Notes: generated from the sequence alone by a model not told the origin. A DNA stretch of 64,000 nucleotides from a bacterium (GCA_021816845.1 JAKAWT010000001.1:326087-390086), one strand, 5' to 3'; shown: positions 12,020 through 21,843, numbered from the stretch's first letter. Translations and numbers: made by a program.

Positions 12020-12125
12020 AGAGAGAGAGGAGCGTTCTTTGGAGTTTTAGGGTTATTGAACCTGGGCTTATGCCTTTGGATTTAATCCACAAAACACTCC
12101 TAGAACGCCTCCTCTCTCCTCACGA
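12020..12125. ncRNA. candidate structured RNA or regulatory element: a GC-rich inverted repeat (GAGAGGAGCGTTCT ... AGAACGCCTCCTCTC) enclosing an approximately 60-nt loop
   Basis: The inverted repeat was read directly. Local GC is far above the surrounding AT-rich intergenic DNA. No known family was recognised. Confidence 0.3.
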
Positions 12126-12200
12126 CCTCTCAAAATTAATCAATAAAAAGTCTTAAATACTTGTTTATACGTTTGTTTTCTAATAAATAGTGATATAATT

Positions 12201-13256
12201 TTGCTATTGGATTCTATAGTATATTTTAGATTCAATGTTTGCTATTTATTTATGGAAACAGAGCCTGCAATATTAGAAAAAGTTGATGCTACAAAAGATT
12301 CTCCAAATATGGAAATGGAGGAATCTTCTGCATCTTATATAAATAAAAATTATAGATCCCATAAAAAAAATCAGGGTAAATTGTCAGTTCTTGGAGTGGC
12401 AGTTATAGCAGCAGCTACATTTGTTGGAGCTTCTGAAATCCCTCAAAAACCTGGGACATTTGGAGATGCTATTACTACCCAACAAAAAGAACACAATAGG
12501 CCAAATGTAAATGAAAAAATTATTGTACACTCTGCATCATCAGGCCAAGTATCTGTGGATATAAGATTCCCTGCTATACATCCAATGATTTCAAATGAAA
12601 CAATCCCACCAGAAGGGTTAATAGTTAGCGATGTACCGTATTATTCTCAAATATACACTGAAGATTGTGAGACAGCATCTTTACAGATGGCTTTAGCTCA
12701 AATTGGGATAAATCTCTCACAGCAGGAATTACTAGCTAAAGAAAATGTACAGGTAGAAGCTCCTGTAATGGATGGATCCTCAATTGAAAAATGGGGAGAT
12801 CCGTATACATCTTTTGTTGGTGATCCTAATGGTAATCAATTATCATATCCTCCAACAGGGTATGGGACATACTATTCTAATATATCAAGACTGGCAGAAG
12901 GTGTAGGAGCCAACGTTCTCTGGTCTGGAACTGGACTAACACAGGGTCAAATATATCAATATATCAGAGAAAATCATCCTATAATTGCATGGGTAGATGA
13001 TAATAACTCTGGTACGTTAGAATATTCTTCATCTTTATATTGGACGGCCTTTGATGGAAAGAAAATAGGATATCCGGCTTCTGGTAATGAACATAATGTT
13101 CTTATAACAGGTATACGTAGAGTTGGGAACAATATAGAAGTATTAATAAATGACCCCTTAAAATTTATAGGACCAGAATGGGTTTCTTTTGATAGTCTTT
13201 GGAACTCTATGAAAACTTTTAATTATATGGGTGTTGTACTAAGTAATAAGGGTTAA
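12201..13256 (+). CDS. C39-like peptidase-domain protein, paralog of 10487-11878
   Basis: The C-terminal domain is near-identical in pattern (YYSQIYTEDCETASLQMAL ... GNEHNVLITG). The true start is likely the internal ATG at 12252, followed by a hydrophobic anchor. Confidence 0.55.
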   Translation: MLLDSIVYFRFNVCYLFMETEPAILEKVDATKDSPNMEMEESSASYINKNYRSHKKNQGKLSVLGVAVIAAATFVGASEIPQKPGTFGDAITTQQKEHNRPNVNEKIIVHSASSGQVSVDIRFPAIHPMISNETIPPEGLIVSDVPYYSQIYTEDCETASLQMALAQIGINLSQQELLAKENVQVEAPVMDGSSIEKWGDPYTSFVGDPNGNQLSYPPTGYGTYYSNISRLAEGVGANVLWSGTGLTQGQIYQYIRENHPIIAWVDDNNSGTLEYSSSLYWTAFDGKKIGYPASGNEHNVLITGIRRVGNNIEVLINDPLKFIGPEWVSFDSLWNSMKTFNYMGVVLSNKG

Positions 13257-13263
13257 TTAGCAT

Positions 13264-13980
13264 CTATATAGTATTATTAAACCATTCATCGTCAGATACC
13301 CTTTTTCTATGTTCCGAATTTTTTAGTAAGGAATAAACTAATAATCCTCCAGTTTTAGCATGTTTGCCTTGGTATCCAAAATGCCAATCCAGAAATTTTA
13401 GTGATTCAAATGTTGTAGGATAAGTATCTTTTATTCTTTTCCAAAGAGTTTCAATACTATCACTCATAAGATTGGATGCAATATAATGTTGAATATCAAT
13501 AAATAGCCTAGATTGCCTCATATTGGATCTGTCTAATTCTGATAATCTGGGTAATCTCCCCCCAGAAGAAGATGTCAATGTTACAAGTTCTCCGTACGTA
13601 AGACCAACCCCCATTAAAAAGGCATCAACATTTTTTGGATGACTTCGTTTGTACTCAGCCCGCCTTAAGGTTGGCCACCCACTTAATGGTCTAGCATCTA
13701 GCCAATCTTCAAGACTACGATCTCCTATAACAGCACCAATTAGCGAAGAAAGCTCTGTATCAGACTCTCTTATTTCTTGTAATCCAAAAATAGGGAATGA
13801 TATATCAGAATAAGGGGTAATTTCACTGATTGGCGGTACACTAATAGGTTTACTATTCTCTGAGGAATCAAAGAATAATTCTAAATTTGACATATAAACC
13901 AAAATAATTATACAGATTGTATGATTAAATATAGGTGCTGTCAATATGATGTCATGCGTGCAGTGCATGATGGTATACAA
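13264..13980 (-). CDS. hypothetical protein with atypically GC-rich codon usage for this window
   Basis: The ORF has no recognisable motif. Its composition (for example 13560-13700) is noticeably GC-richer than neighbouring genes. Confidence 0.4.
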   Translation of the reverse strand: MYTIMHCTHDIILTAPIFNHTICIIILVYMSNLELFFDSSENSKPISVPPISEITPYSDISFPIFGLQEIRESDTELSSLIGAVIGDRSLEDWLDARPLSGWPTLRRAEYKRSHPKNVDAFLMGVGLTYGELVTLTSSSGGRLPRLSELDRSNMRQSRLFIDIQHYIASNLMSDSIETLWKRIKDTYPTTFESLKFLDWHFGYQGKHAKTGGLLVYSLLKNSEHRKRVSDDEWFNNTI

Positions 13981-14132
13981 CTTATGGACTTAGATCCCTA
14001 CTACAATAAGCTCAGAGAATAGTAGCAAGAGTGAAAGGAAATTTAATGAAAAGCTCTCAGTAAACTAGTTCCTTTCAAACTATAAATGGTTTTAGGATAA
14101 TACTATTTATAGTAATAATTCTATCTTTGGGC

Positions 14133-16349
14133 TTAAAATAAAAATTGTGGAGTTTCTATGTTATATGTACTTCCATAGAATTGAGCATTTCCAAATGTAT
14201 ACACTGCTCCATTATTTGTTAGGATATAATAACCATTGTTGTTAGAATTAATCTCAAATCCAACGGGTACGTCTGATGGTTGACCTGGGATATTGTACAT
14301 AGAACCATAGAATTGAGCATTTCCAAATGTATACACTGCTCCATCCTTTGTTACAAGGTAGTATCCATTTGTGGTTAGTGCGAATGTAACAGTAGTCTTT
14401 ACTGGAGCATTTGGGATATTAAATACAGATCCTTGAAATTGAGCGTTTCCAAATGTATACACTGCTCCATTTGAAGTTACAATATAATATCCGTTACCCG
14501 ATGGGGTTAGAGCAAAAGCAACAGGTGTCCTATCTGGTACTGCAGATTGAGGTATATTATATAATGATCCTTGGAATACGGCATCTCCAAAAGTGTATAC
14601 ACCTCCATCAGCTGTCAGAATATAATATCCATTCCCCGAAGGTGTTGTTGCCATGGCTATTGGGGTTTTTACCGGAGCATTTGGGATATTATATATTGAT
14701 CCATAAAATCGAGCATCCCCAAAAGTATATACACCTCCATCAGAAGTTAATATATAGTAACCTTTCTTATCTGGAGTTGTTATTGCTGTGATAGGAGTCC
14801 TGCTTGGAATAGTTCCTTGTACGGTTGTTAAATCACCATAATATGATCCTGCACCAAAAGTATATACTTCTCCATTTTGCCCTAATATATTGTATTCTTC
14901 ACCAGAATTTTGAATTTGTAACATTGCATTTATATTCAAAAGTCCGTAGCCATATGTGTTGTTTATCCCACCTTGGAGTCTTGTTGATGATTCTTTAAAA
15001 AGTAGATTTATACTTTGTGGATTCTGTACTCCATACTTTGCATCATACAAAGCTATTGCTGCTACAGCTTGAGGAGCAGAAAAAGATGTTCCTACCAAAT
15101 ATTCATTAGAGAATGATGTGTATGAGGTTACATTATTAGTATCATATCCAGTATATGTTTGTTGATATACCAAAGGTGTGTTATATCCTACTGGAGCAAC
15201 CAAGGTCTGACAATTCCCAAGATTGGAACAGCCATAATTTGAATAAGAAGTTAGTAAGTTTTGTGAATTAGAAGCTCCAACTGCAATAACTCCTGGATAT
15301 CCAGCTGGGTAAGCTAAAGATGAAGAAGATTCGTTTCCTGATGATGCAACCACGCTAATACCATTATTAATTGCATCCTCTATTTCTGTCTCTTCAGCAG
15401 AGGATGGGGTCATTGATTCTATAGATAGGTTTATTATATTTGCATGGTGATCTATTGCCCATTGTATACCCATTATCTCAGCAGATACAGGAACTCCTTG
15501 GGAATTCCCTATCTTTACAGGCATAATAGTAGAATTGAAGGCAATTCCTGCTGTCCCATACAAAGTGGATCCTGAAGCATCATTATTAGTTGAAGATGCA
15601 ATAACTCCTGTTACATACGTCCCATGTCCTACACTATCATATGGATTATATTCATTAACAGTCTGGTTGTTATATACAGCTAGAGCATTGTATGGGTCTA
15701 CAATATTTAAATTTGCAAGTGAAGGAGCTTGGCCATACACTGTCCCTGTGAGTGGATTGGTATAGTTTGTGTATGCAACTCCACTATCAAGTACAGCGAC
15801 AATGATATTTGAAGATCCACCCAAAGACGGAGTAAACCCTGAGTTTGACACTACAGGAGCATTGATCATAAATAAGTTCTTTTGATAGTTTATATCTACA
15901 TTATTAGGAAGCGTTGAGAAAGATCGTATATAGTTAGGAGTAACTGATTTAACATTTGAGGTTTCCTCTAATCCTGTAAGAAAATTTTTATAACTCTCAT
16001 TCTGAGGTCTTTTCACTATTGCAACGGAATTATTTACATTTATAACTGATGATTGAGACCCTGTGAGTCCCGATCCTGAGGATCCTGATCCTGTGGATCC
16101 ATGAATCTTATTAATACTTGATCCATTTTTATATACAACAATAGCTTCATTACTATTATAGTTTTGATTATGAATGAGGGAGTATACTCTAGATTGAACA
16201 GATTGATTCTGTGTGGATCGAGATCCAACGGTTCCATATGCATAGATATTAATTCTAGATACACTAACACCAAAAGCAAAAGGTAATATAAAAATAGAAA
16301 CTAATCCTAAAGATAGGTATATTTTTTTTATAATTACTTTTTCCTTCAT
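14133..16349 (-). CDS. secreted subtilisin-like serine protease (S8) with about five C-terminal 42-44-aa RCC1-like / beta-propeller-like repeats
   Basis: It has a signal peptide and an S8 triad context: D (VAVLDSGV), H (HGTYVTGVIAS), S (GTSFSAPQAVAAIAL). The C-terminal repeats follow GYYILTxDGGVYTFGxAxFxGS. A GSTGSGSSGSGLTGS linker is encoded by the mini-repeat at 16065-16100. Confidence 0.8.
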   Translation of the reverse strand: MKEKVIIKKIYLSLGLVSIFILPFAFGVSVSRINIYAYGTVGSRSTQNQSVQSRVYSLIHNQNYNSNEAIVVYKNGSSINKIHGSTGSGSSGSGLTGSQSSVINVNNSVAIVKRPQNESYKNFLTGLEETSNVKSVTPNYIRSFSTLPNNVDINYQKNLFMINAPVVSNSGFTPSLGGSSNIIVAVLDSGVAYTNYTNPLTGTVYGQAPSLANLNIVDPYNALAVYNNQTVNEYNPYDSVGHGTYVTGVIASSTNNDASGSTLYGTAGIAFNSTIMPVKIGNSQGVPVSAEIMGIQWAIDHHANIINLSIESMTPSSAEETEIEDAINNGISVVASSGNESSSSLAYPAGYPGVIAVGASNSQNLLTSYSNYGCSNLGNCQTLVAPVGYNTPLVYQQTYTGYDTNNVTSYTSFSNEYLVGTSFSAPQAVAAIALYDAKYGVQNPQSINLLFKESSTRLQGGINNTYGYGLLNINAMLQIQNSGEEYNILGQNGEVYTFGAGSYYGDLTTVQGTIPSRTPITAITTPDKKGYYILTSDGGVYTFGDARFYGSIYNIPNAPVKTPIAMATTPSGNGYYILTADGGVYTFGDAVFQGSLYNIPQSAVPDRTPVAFALTPSGNGYYIVTSNGAVYTFGNAQFQGSVFNIPNAPVKTTVTFALTTNGYYLVTKDGAVYTFGNAQFYGSMYNIPGQPSDVPVGFEINSNNNGYYILTNNGAVYTFGNAQFYGSTYNIETPQFLF
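16065..16100. repeat. palindromic mini-repeat (GAGTCccGATCC, GGATCctGATCC, GGATCC...) in frame inside the S8 protease gene
   Basis: Read directly from the sequence. Confidence 0.8.
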
Positions 16350-16370
16350 CTATCTTTGGGTCTAATTATA

Positions 16371-18476
16371 CTATTGTACAACATTAATGTTTGAAGTGGA
16401 ATTAAAATTACCTATTCCAGTCCCATCATAAGTAGCATTACCAAATGTATATACTCCACCATCTTGAGTTAGTATATAGTAACCTTGGTTTTGAGGAGTA
16501 ACCCCAAAAGCTTTAGGTGTTTTTACAGGAGCATTTGGTATGTTAAACATTGATCCTTCAAATACTGCATCTCCGAATGTGTATACGGCTCCATCAGCTG
16601 TTATCAGATAATATCCATTCCCTGATGGAGTTAGAGCAAATGTCACAGTGGTTTTTACAGGAGCATTAGGAATATTAAATACAGATCCATGAAATTGAGC
16701 ATCTCCGAATGTGTATACGGCTCCATTTGAAGTTACAATATAATATCCATTCCCTGAGGGTGTTAGTGCAAAAGCAACAGGTGTTCTATCTGGTACAGCA
16801 GAGGCTGGAATATTGTATAGTGACCCCTGGAATTTAGCATCGCCAAATGTATAAACACCTCCATCAGCTGTTAGTACATAATAACCACCTCCATCTGGGG
16901 TAGTTACTATTGATATAGGTGTTTTTACAGGGGCATTAGGAATATTGAATACAGATCCATAAAATTTTGCATTACCAAATGTATATATTCCTCCATCCTG
17001 AGTTAGTATATAGTAACCAAGATCATTTGGTGTTGTAGCAATATTTACAGCATTATAATTTGGAGCTCCACTTACATATGACATATCTCCATAATAGTTA
17101 GCGTTTCCAAATGTTAGAACTCTACCATGTCCTGATAAAAGATAATATGCTGATGCAGTGGATGAGAAAACAGTGTTAGATATAAAGAATTGGTTTATTG
17201 GATTCCATAAAGCTAATGATGGTTCTTGATAACCGAGTGTCCATAAACTAACACCACGAAGGTTATTATCTAATACTTGTTGGTATGTTAGAGACAATGA
17301 TTCAGGGTTCTCATAAAAACCTTCTCTCATTTGATCCCCAGATGCACAATTTGGAGGAGTGTCATTTGAAGGATAACAATACCCATACCATGGGGTGGAG
17401 GATATTGAATCCCAATGTTTTGTACTAGCATTTTTATATTGATCATTGGTTTGACCATAAGGTTCTTCTATCCCTGTCCCAGAGATTGCATTTGCATAAA
17501 GATTGAAGGATGTAGTTGCAGTATCATTCCCATAATATGGGACTCCCAATATTATCTTATTAGCTGAAGCAACAGATGCGTAATCCTTTATTGTTTGCTT
17601 GACATCATACCAAAAAGGACCATTCCCGTTGTTATAACCAGTCAATGGTGCATTAGGATATGCTTGAGAGGATGATGAAGTATAAAAATCATAAGCCATT
17701 ACATTTATTGCGTCTGCTGCATTAGCTAGTGCAGGTATATCATATAGTGATCCAGTCCAGTGTGCTGCAGATGCAAAAGTATCTACACTGACAAAAGATC
17801 CAGGGACTTGTGAATGCATCTGACTTGTAAGATTAGATACAAAAGTTGTAAAGTTATTTATTGTTGTTTGATTAGGATTTCCTTCAGTAGATGGGTTATA
17901 TTCAAAATCTATATTGACCCCTTGTAGATTAAATGATTGTACTTTTGATATAGTGTTAGTAATAAGATTTTGTGCTACAGACGGAGTATTTACTACACTT
18001 TGTATATCAGATAGGTTAAAAATTTTGATTGTTAATACAACTCTAACATTATTCTGATGTGCTAAATTTACCATATCTACAAATTGGCTTGAGTATAAAC
18101 CTTGATATCCAGGATCATTAGGTGCATTAGTACCAAAGTTTCCACTGGAATCTGATGTTATACCAAAGTAAGCAATAGTTGTTAAGTTGTTATATTCATA
18201 AGATTGGTAAGCATTACTTGATAAATCCCAATAAGGAGCAAACCCCATAACTTCTTTTTCTTGTCCAGATGGACCATATGCTGCAAATTGACTGGGCATA
18301 GGATTTGGTTTTGTTTTTGCAGGTGTGAAATTATAAGTCTTATTTTTATACTCATTATTTAAAAGTATATTTCCAATTTGAGAATTGGGGGGAGGTGTAG
18401 ATGCAAATACAGTACCCGTAAACAAAAACAAGGAAAAGAATACTGATATAGACAGAATTATTTTTACTCTACTCAT
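16371..18476 (-). CDS. secreted glycoside hydrolase family 18-like (chitinase-like) protein with the same C-terminal repeat module as the adjacent S8 protease
   Basis: It has a signal peptide and a GH18-like catalytic-region motif (LQGVNIDFEY, DxxDxDxE-type with the first Asp substituted). The C-terminal GYYxLTxDGGVYTFGDAxFxGS repeats are near-identical to those of 14133-16349. Confidence 0.55.
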   Translation of the reverse strand: MSRVKIILSISVFFSLFLFTGTVFASTPPPNSQIGNILLNNEYKNKTYNFTPAKTKPNPMPSQFAAYGPSGQEKEVMGFAPYWDLSSNAYQSYEYNNLTTIAYFGITSDSSGNFGTNAPNDPGYQGLYSSQFVDMVNLAHQNNVRVVLTIKIFNLSDIQSVVNTPSVAQNLITNTISKVQSFNLQGVNIDFEYNPSTEGNPNQTTINNFTTFVSNLTSQMHSQVPGSFVSVDTFASAAHWTGSLYDIPALANAADAINVMAYDFYTSSSSQAYPNAPLTGYNNGNGPFWYDVKQTIKDYASVASANKIILGVPYYGNDTATTSFNLYANAISGTGIEEPYGQTNDQYKNASTKHWDSISSTPWYGYCYPSNDTPPNCASGDQMREGFYENPESLSLTYQQVLDNNLRGVSLWTLGYQEPSLALWNPINQFFISNTVFSSTASAYYLLSGHGRVLTFGNANYYGDMSYVSGAPNYNAVNIATTPNDLGYYILTQDGGIYTFGNAKFYGSVFNIPNAPVKTPISIVTTPDGGGYYVLTADGGVYTFGDAKFQGSLYNIPASAVPDRTPVAFALTPSGNGYYIVTSNGAVYTFGDAQFHGSVFNIPNAPVKTTVTFALTPSGNGYYLITADGAVYTFGDAVFEGSMFNIPNAPVKTPKAFGVTPQNQGYYILTQDGGVYTFGNATYDGTGIGNFNSTSNINVVQ

Positions 18477-18597
18477 AGTATTTTAAGCTATCAAATATGT
18501 TGATACTTGTCAATTTATATAAAACTCAAGTAGAGAAAATGTCTCAATATTGCAGATCCTGATTCTTAGGGAAATTACATAAACATAATAAGATAAT

Positions 18598-19917
18598 TTA
18601 CTGTCCATACCAGTATTGGGCAATCATTCCAATACCTGCAACTTCGTTTGTGTTCCAATCCTGACCAGATGCTAGTCCAGATACAGTTCCTTGAACCGTG
18701 AATGTAGCACCATTTTGAGTGTCCCCATTCGTATTTGTTGCTGAAAGTCCATAAAAATTGAATGATGATGTATTCCATGCACCATTTAATCCACATGTAT
18801 TAGGGCAATCTCCTACTGTTATATTTGTTGGGCCAAAGGTGTCGTTTACAGTATCACCATTTGCCCTTGCATTACCCTCAATATTAAAGAACAACCTAGG
18901 TGATAAGCTCACTGTTACGTCAGCTATAGGAGTTCCGTTCACATAAAATACTGCAGTAGAATCTTGTGGCCACCAGGCAAGTTCAACATTCGTAGGACTA
19001 TTTGAGGCTTGAGCTAGATACTCATAAGTGAACACTCCATTTTGTACTCTCTCCCATGCATAATAAGGTTGTCCATGAGATGAAGCAGAGGTTGAATCTG
19101 TTTGTATTCCTACAGATATAGCATTATTATATGCATCATGAGCATTGATGTATGCAGAATATCCAGTTCCTGAACCTGATTCTGTTATTGTGTCAGTGTA
19201 TGTAAAATAAGGATTTCCAGCTGGAACTACAACTGGGTTTGGCACTACAGATCCAGGAGTAAATGATATTCCTGTGAATGTAGTATCACAAATATCCCCA
19301 GTTTCTCTTGCTGCAGCTAAAAATGATATTGATGGATTATTCTCCAAAACAGGATAAACACCCAATGTTACTTGATTATCTATAGTTACTGATATTCCAG
19401 AAGATGTCCATGTTACTTGAAGATGATGAGAAGTTCCAGTTATTGCTCCTCCTGGCCAATATCCTCCAACAGGAACACCATTAGCAGCACCTTCTACCAT
19501 TATTGTTATACCATTAGGAGATACACCAGGATCATGAATAAATCCAAAAGCTATATAGTTTTTAGGATCATTCCAAAACTGTACCAATCCTTTATATCCT
19601 GTCCCTGATCCATATGAACAAACCCCATTTGGACAATATGTTCCCTTTAAATCTACACTCAAAGTTCCTGATGATGATCCTCTGTACGTTGTTGTAGCCC
19701 CAGATTGATAATTTACAGGACCTGTTCCCCAAGCTCCTTGAGTTTGCCTCATACCCCATGCATGAACAGTACTTCCATATGTAGATGTAGTTGCATATAA
19801 ACCTGGGTCCCAAGAATACGGAGATAATTGTGCTGATGCGGCAAAAGATTTATGAGCTACAAGGGTAAATATCGTAGCTATAGTAAATAAAAATATTAAT
19901 GATTTTAAAACTTTCAT
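18598..19917 (-). CDS. secreted Gly/Thr/Ser-rich hypothetical protein
   Basis: It has a signal peptide (MKVLKSLIFLFTIATIFTLVAHKSFAASA) and no catalytic motif was recognised. Confidence 0.5.
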   Translation of the reverse strand: MKVLKSLIFLFTIATIFTLVAHKSFAASAQLSPYSWDPGLYATTSTYGSTVHAWGMRQTQGAWGTGPVNYQSGATTTYRGSSSGTLSVDLKGTYCPNGVCSYGSGTGYKGLVQFWNDPKNYIAFGFIHDPGVSPNGITIMVEGAANGVPVGGYWPGGAITGTSHHLQVTWTSSGISVTIDNQVTLGVYPVLENNPSISFLAAARETGDICDTTFTGISFTPGSVVPNPVVVPAGNPYFTYTDTITESGSGTGYSAYINAHDAYNNAISVGIQTDSTSASSHGQPYYAWERVQNGVFTYEYLAQASNSPTNVELAWWPQDSTAVFYVNGTPIADVTVSLSPRLFFNIEGNARANGDTVNDTFGPTNITVGDCPNTCGLNGAWNTSSFNFYGLSATNTNGDTQNGATFTVQGTVSGLASGQDWNTNEVAGIGMIAQYWYGQ

Positions 19918-20118
19918 TAGATATAATTTAGAGGATTATGTATTTTTAGTCAAGACCACACACACATTGTGGTTGCTAATAATAAAAATATTGAGAGATT
20001 GGAGTCAAAAAAGCTTTCTTCACTTTATTTTATTATACCTAATCTAATTCAAGCTCAAAAAGCCCTTTTAAAAAAATCTTTTTATTTATTAGTAGAAACT
20101 GAGGGCTTCCAATAAGTA

Positions 20119-20715
20119 TTAATATGAGTAATGTATACAATTAAAATCTTCTAGTCTTAAAAGGGAGAAAGTTAGTATTGCACCCAAAAAGCAAGAGGAT
20201 TTATATCCTCCATATGTAGTTTTCATATATTTAAGATCTTTGGGATACTCCGTTTCTATCTGATCTAAAAGTTCATCTATACTCCTTCCTACAATTTTAT
20301 TCCCAATTATCACTGTTCTCCTTATATCAATTAAAAGATCACTTCCTATTATCCTTGAGAAAAGATCTTCTTCAACTTTTGGTAAAGGTATTTCAAATTT
20401 TTGATGTAATTCTCTGATATCTGAATAAAGACCAAAAGATCCTCTTTTAAATAGACCATCTTTTCTCTCTCCATTCTCTGTATCAATGGGTACTCCTCCA
20501 ACTCTTTTTGTTACTAAATTTAAAATTTTTACTAAACATGGTTGTGTTCTTTCAAACTCTTCACTGGTTATTCCATTGGGTTTATAACCAAGTTCAATAA
20601 GGGGCGGGATATCTACTGCCTTTTCCATACCAGTGCTGTGAATCTTTTGACTTTCACATACCAATATTTGTTCTACAGTATTCATACTGTATCTTATAAT
20701 ATATCCCTGAAACAA
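20119..20715 (-). CDS. hypothetical protein, paralog A of an unknown family
   Basis: It shares full-length similarity with 20782-21639 (EEFER..P.L.K.LN; GLYSDIRELHQKF vs LSIYSDLRALASDQK; EYPKDLKYMKTTY vs RYPKDFGYIKRKY; ..FSLLRLE vs ..FATLKLE). Confidence 0.45.
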   Translation of the reverse strand: MFQGYIIRYSMNTVEQILVCESQKIHSTGMEKAVDIPPLIELGYKPNGITSEEFERTQPCLVKILNLVTKRVGGVPIDTENGERKDGLFKRGSFGLYSDIRELHQKFEIPLPKVEEDLFSRIIGSDLLIDIRRTVIIGNKIVGRSIDELLDQIETEYPKDLKYMKTTYGGYKSSCFLGAILTFSLLRLEDFNCIHYSY

Positions 20716-20781
20716 TTTGTCAAGAATGCTACTTTGATAAAATCATAAGAATTTCTAAAATGAGATGTAGGTGGAAATTAT

Positions 20782-21639
20782 CTATTTATGTTTAGTTCTG
20801 ACTACTCTATCAAAAAAGTGACGAGCAACTCCATGCTCTGTTTTTCTTGCTTTGGATATCTCTTTCACAAATATTTCTGATATTTTATCCATACTACCTT
20901 TATGTTTTGCAATAAGTGCCAATCTAAGATGAAGGTATTTTAAAATTATGGATTGATCTCGTATAGGGAGACTAGTCTCATCAAATAATTCGACAATTTT
21001 ACTAACTATGGCAGATTTCCATTCCTTTGAATTATATAAAAGTGGAGTATATGCGAGGCTCTTTTCTTGGGCTATGGAGGTTTGGTTAGTGTTTTGTCTA
21101 TAATCTTTATCTTCTTCAAGCTTTAATGTAGCAAATACAAACAAAGCCCCTAAAGTCTCATGTGAATAAAGGTTTTGTGGGTATTTTCTTTTTATATACC
21201 CAAAATCTTTAGGATACCTATGGTTAATTTCACCTATAAATTGGTGAATAATATCACCACGTGCTATACCATCTTCAACAAAACCAGACAAAGATTCAAA
21301 CAAATCTGATTCTAGAATCTTTGTGAGATTATGGTCTGATAATTGTGGCAATGTGACTTTTTGATCTGATGCTAATGCTCTTAGATCCGAGTATATAGAT
21401 AATCCACCACAGGTAAATTTATCTTGATTCTCCTTATCTTTGTGTTTACTGACATCTCTATGTGCGGCATCTTGGTGCATGGCATCTTGATGCACGATAC
21501 TATTTAAGAGTTTTGATAGATTAGGATCTCCCCTTTCAAATTCCTCTATACTTATCTCCAGGGGGTTAGGATCTCTTTCTTGTAAAGTAGGTACAACACC
21601 ATTTTCTTTTTTATTATCAAACTCTACGGGATCGGTCAT
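20782..21639 (-). CDS. hypothetical protein, paralog B of the same unknown family, with an N- and C-terminally extended form
   Basis: See paralog A. It has an extra His/Asp/Lys-rich segment and a C-terminal basic tail. Confidence 0.45.
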   Translation of the reverse strand: MTDPVEFDNKKENGVVPTLQERDPNPLEISIEEFERGDPNLSKLLNSIVHQDAMHQDAAHRDVSKHKDKENQDKFTCGGLSIYSDLRALASDQKVTLPQLSDHNLTKILESDLFESLSGFVEDGIARGDIIHQFIGEINHRYPKDFGYIKRKYPQNLYSHETLGALFVFATLKLEEDKDYRQNTNQTSIAQEKSLAYTPLLYNSKEWKSAIVSKIVELFDETSLPIRDQSIILKYLHLRLALIAKHKGSMDKISEIFVKEISKARKTEHGVARHFFDRVVRTKHK

Positions 21640-21843
21640 GTTTGTATTGTATAAGACCTATAATATTTTGTCAATAATATATAAGGATTATGATTCGTTG
21701 ATAATACTGCTAGAGATAGATTTTGGAGATATTTATTCCTACAATCATGTGTTGATGTATTACATTGATATTTTTTTACTTAATACTGAAATATGTAAAT
21801 TTTCTTGATAATTAAAGGGTTTTAAAATATAATAGTCACATCT

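Noticed and set aside
11879-12200. tRNA or tmRNA in the GC-rich intergenic region
   Set aside because: There is no cloverleaf, no GTTCGAATC-like T-loop and no CCA context. It was kept only as a generic candidate structured RNA.
18575-18796. 73-aa minus-strand ORF overlapping the 3' end of the secreted protein gene 18598-19917
   Set aside because: It is an alternative frame of the same region, and the longer, signal-peptide-bearing ORF is clearly the real gene.
19918-20118. Intrinsic terminator between the convergently or serially arranged minus-strand genes
   Set aside because: Only a weak 5-bp stem (GCCCT/AGGGC) with an approximately 35-nt loop was found. It is not convincing.
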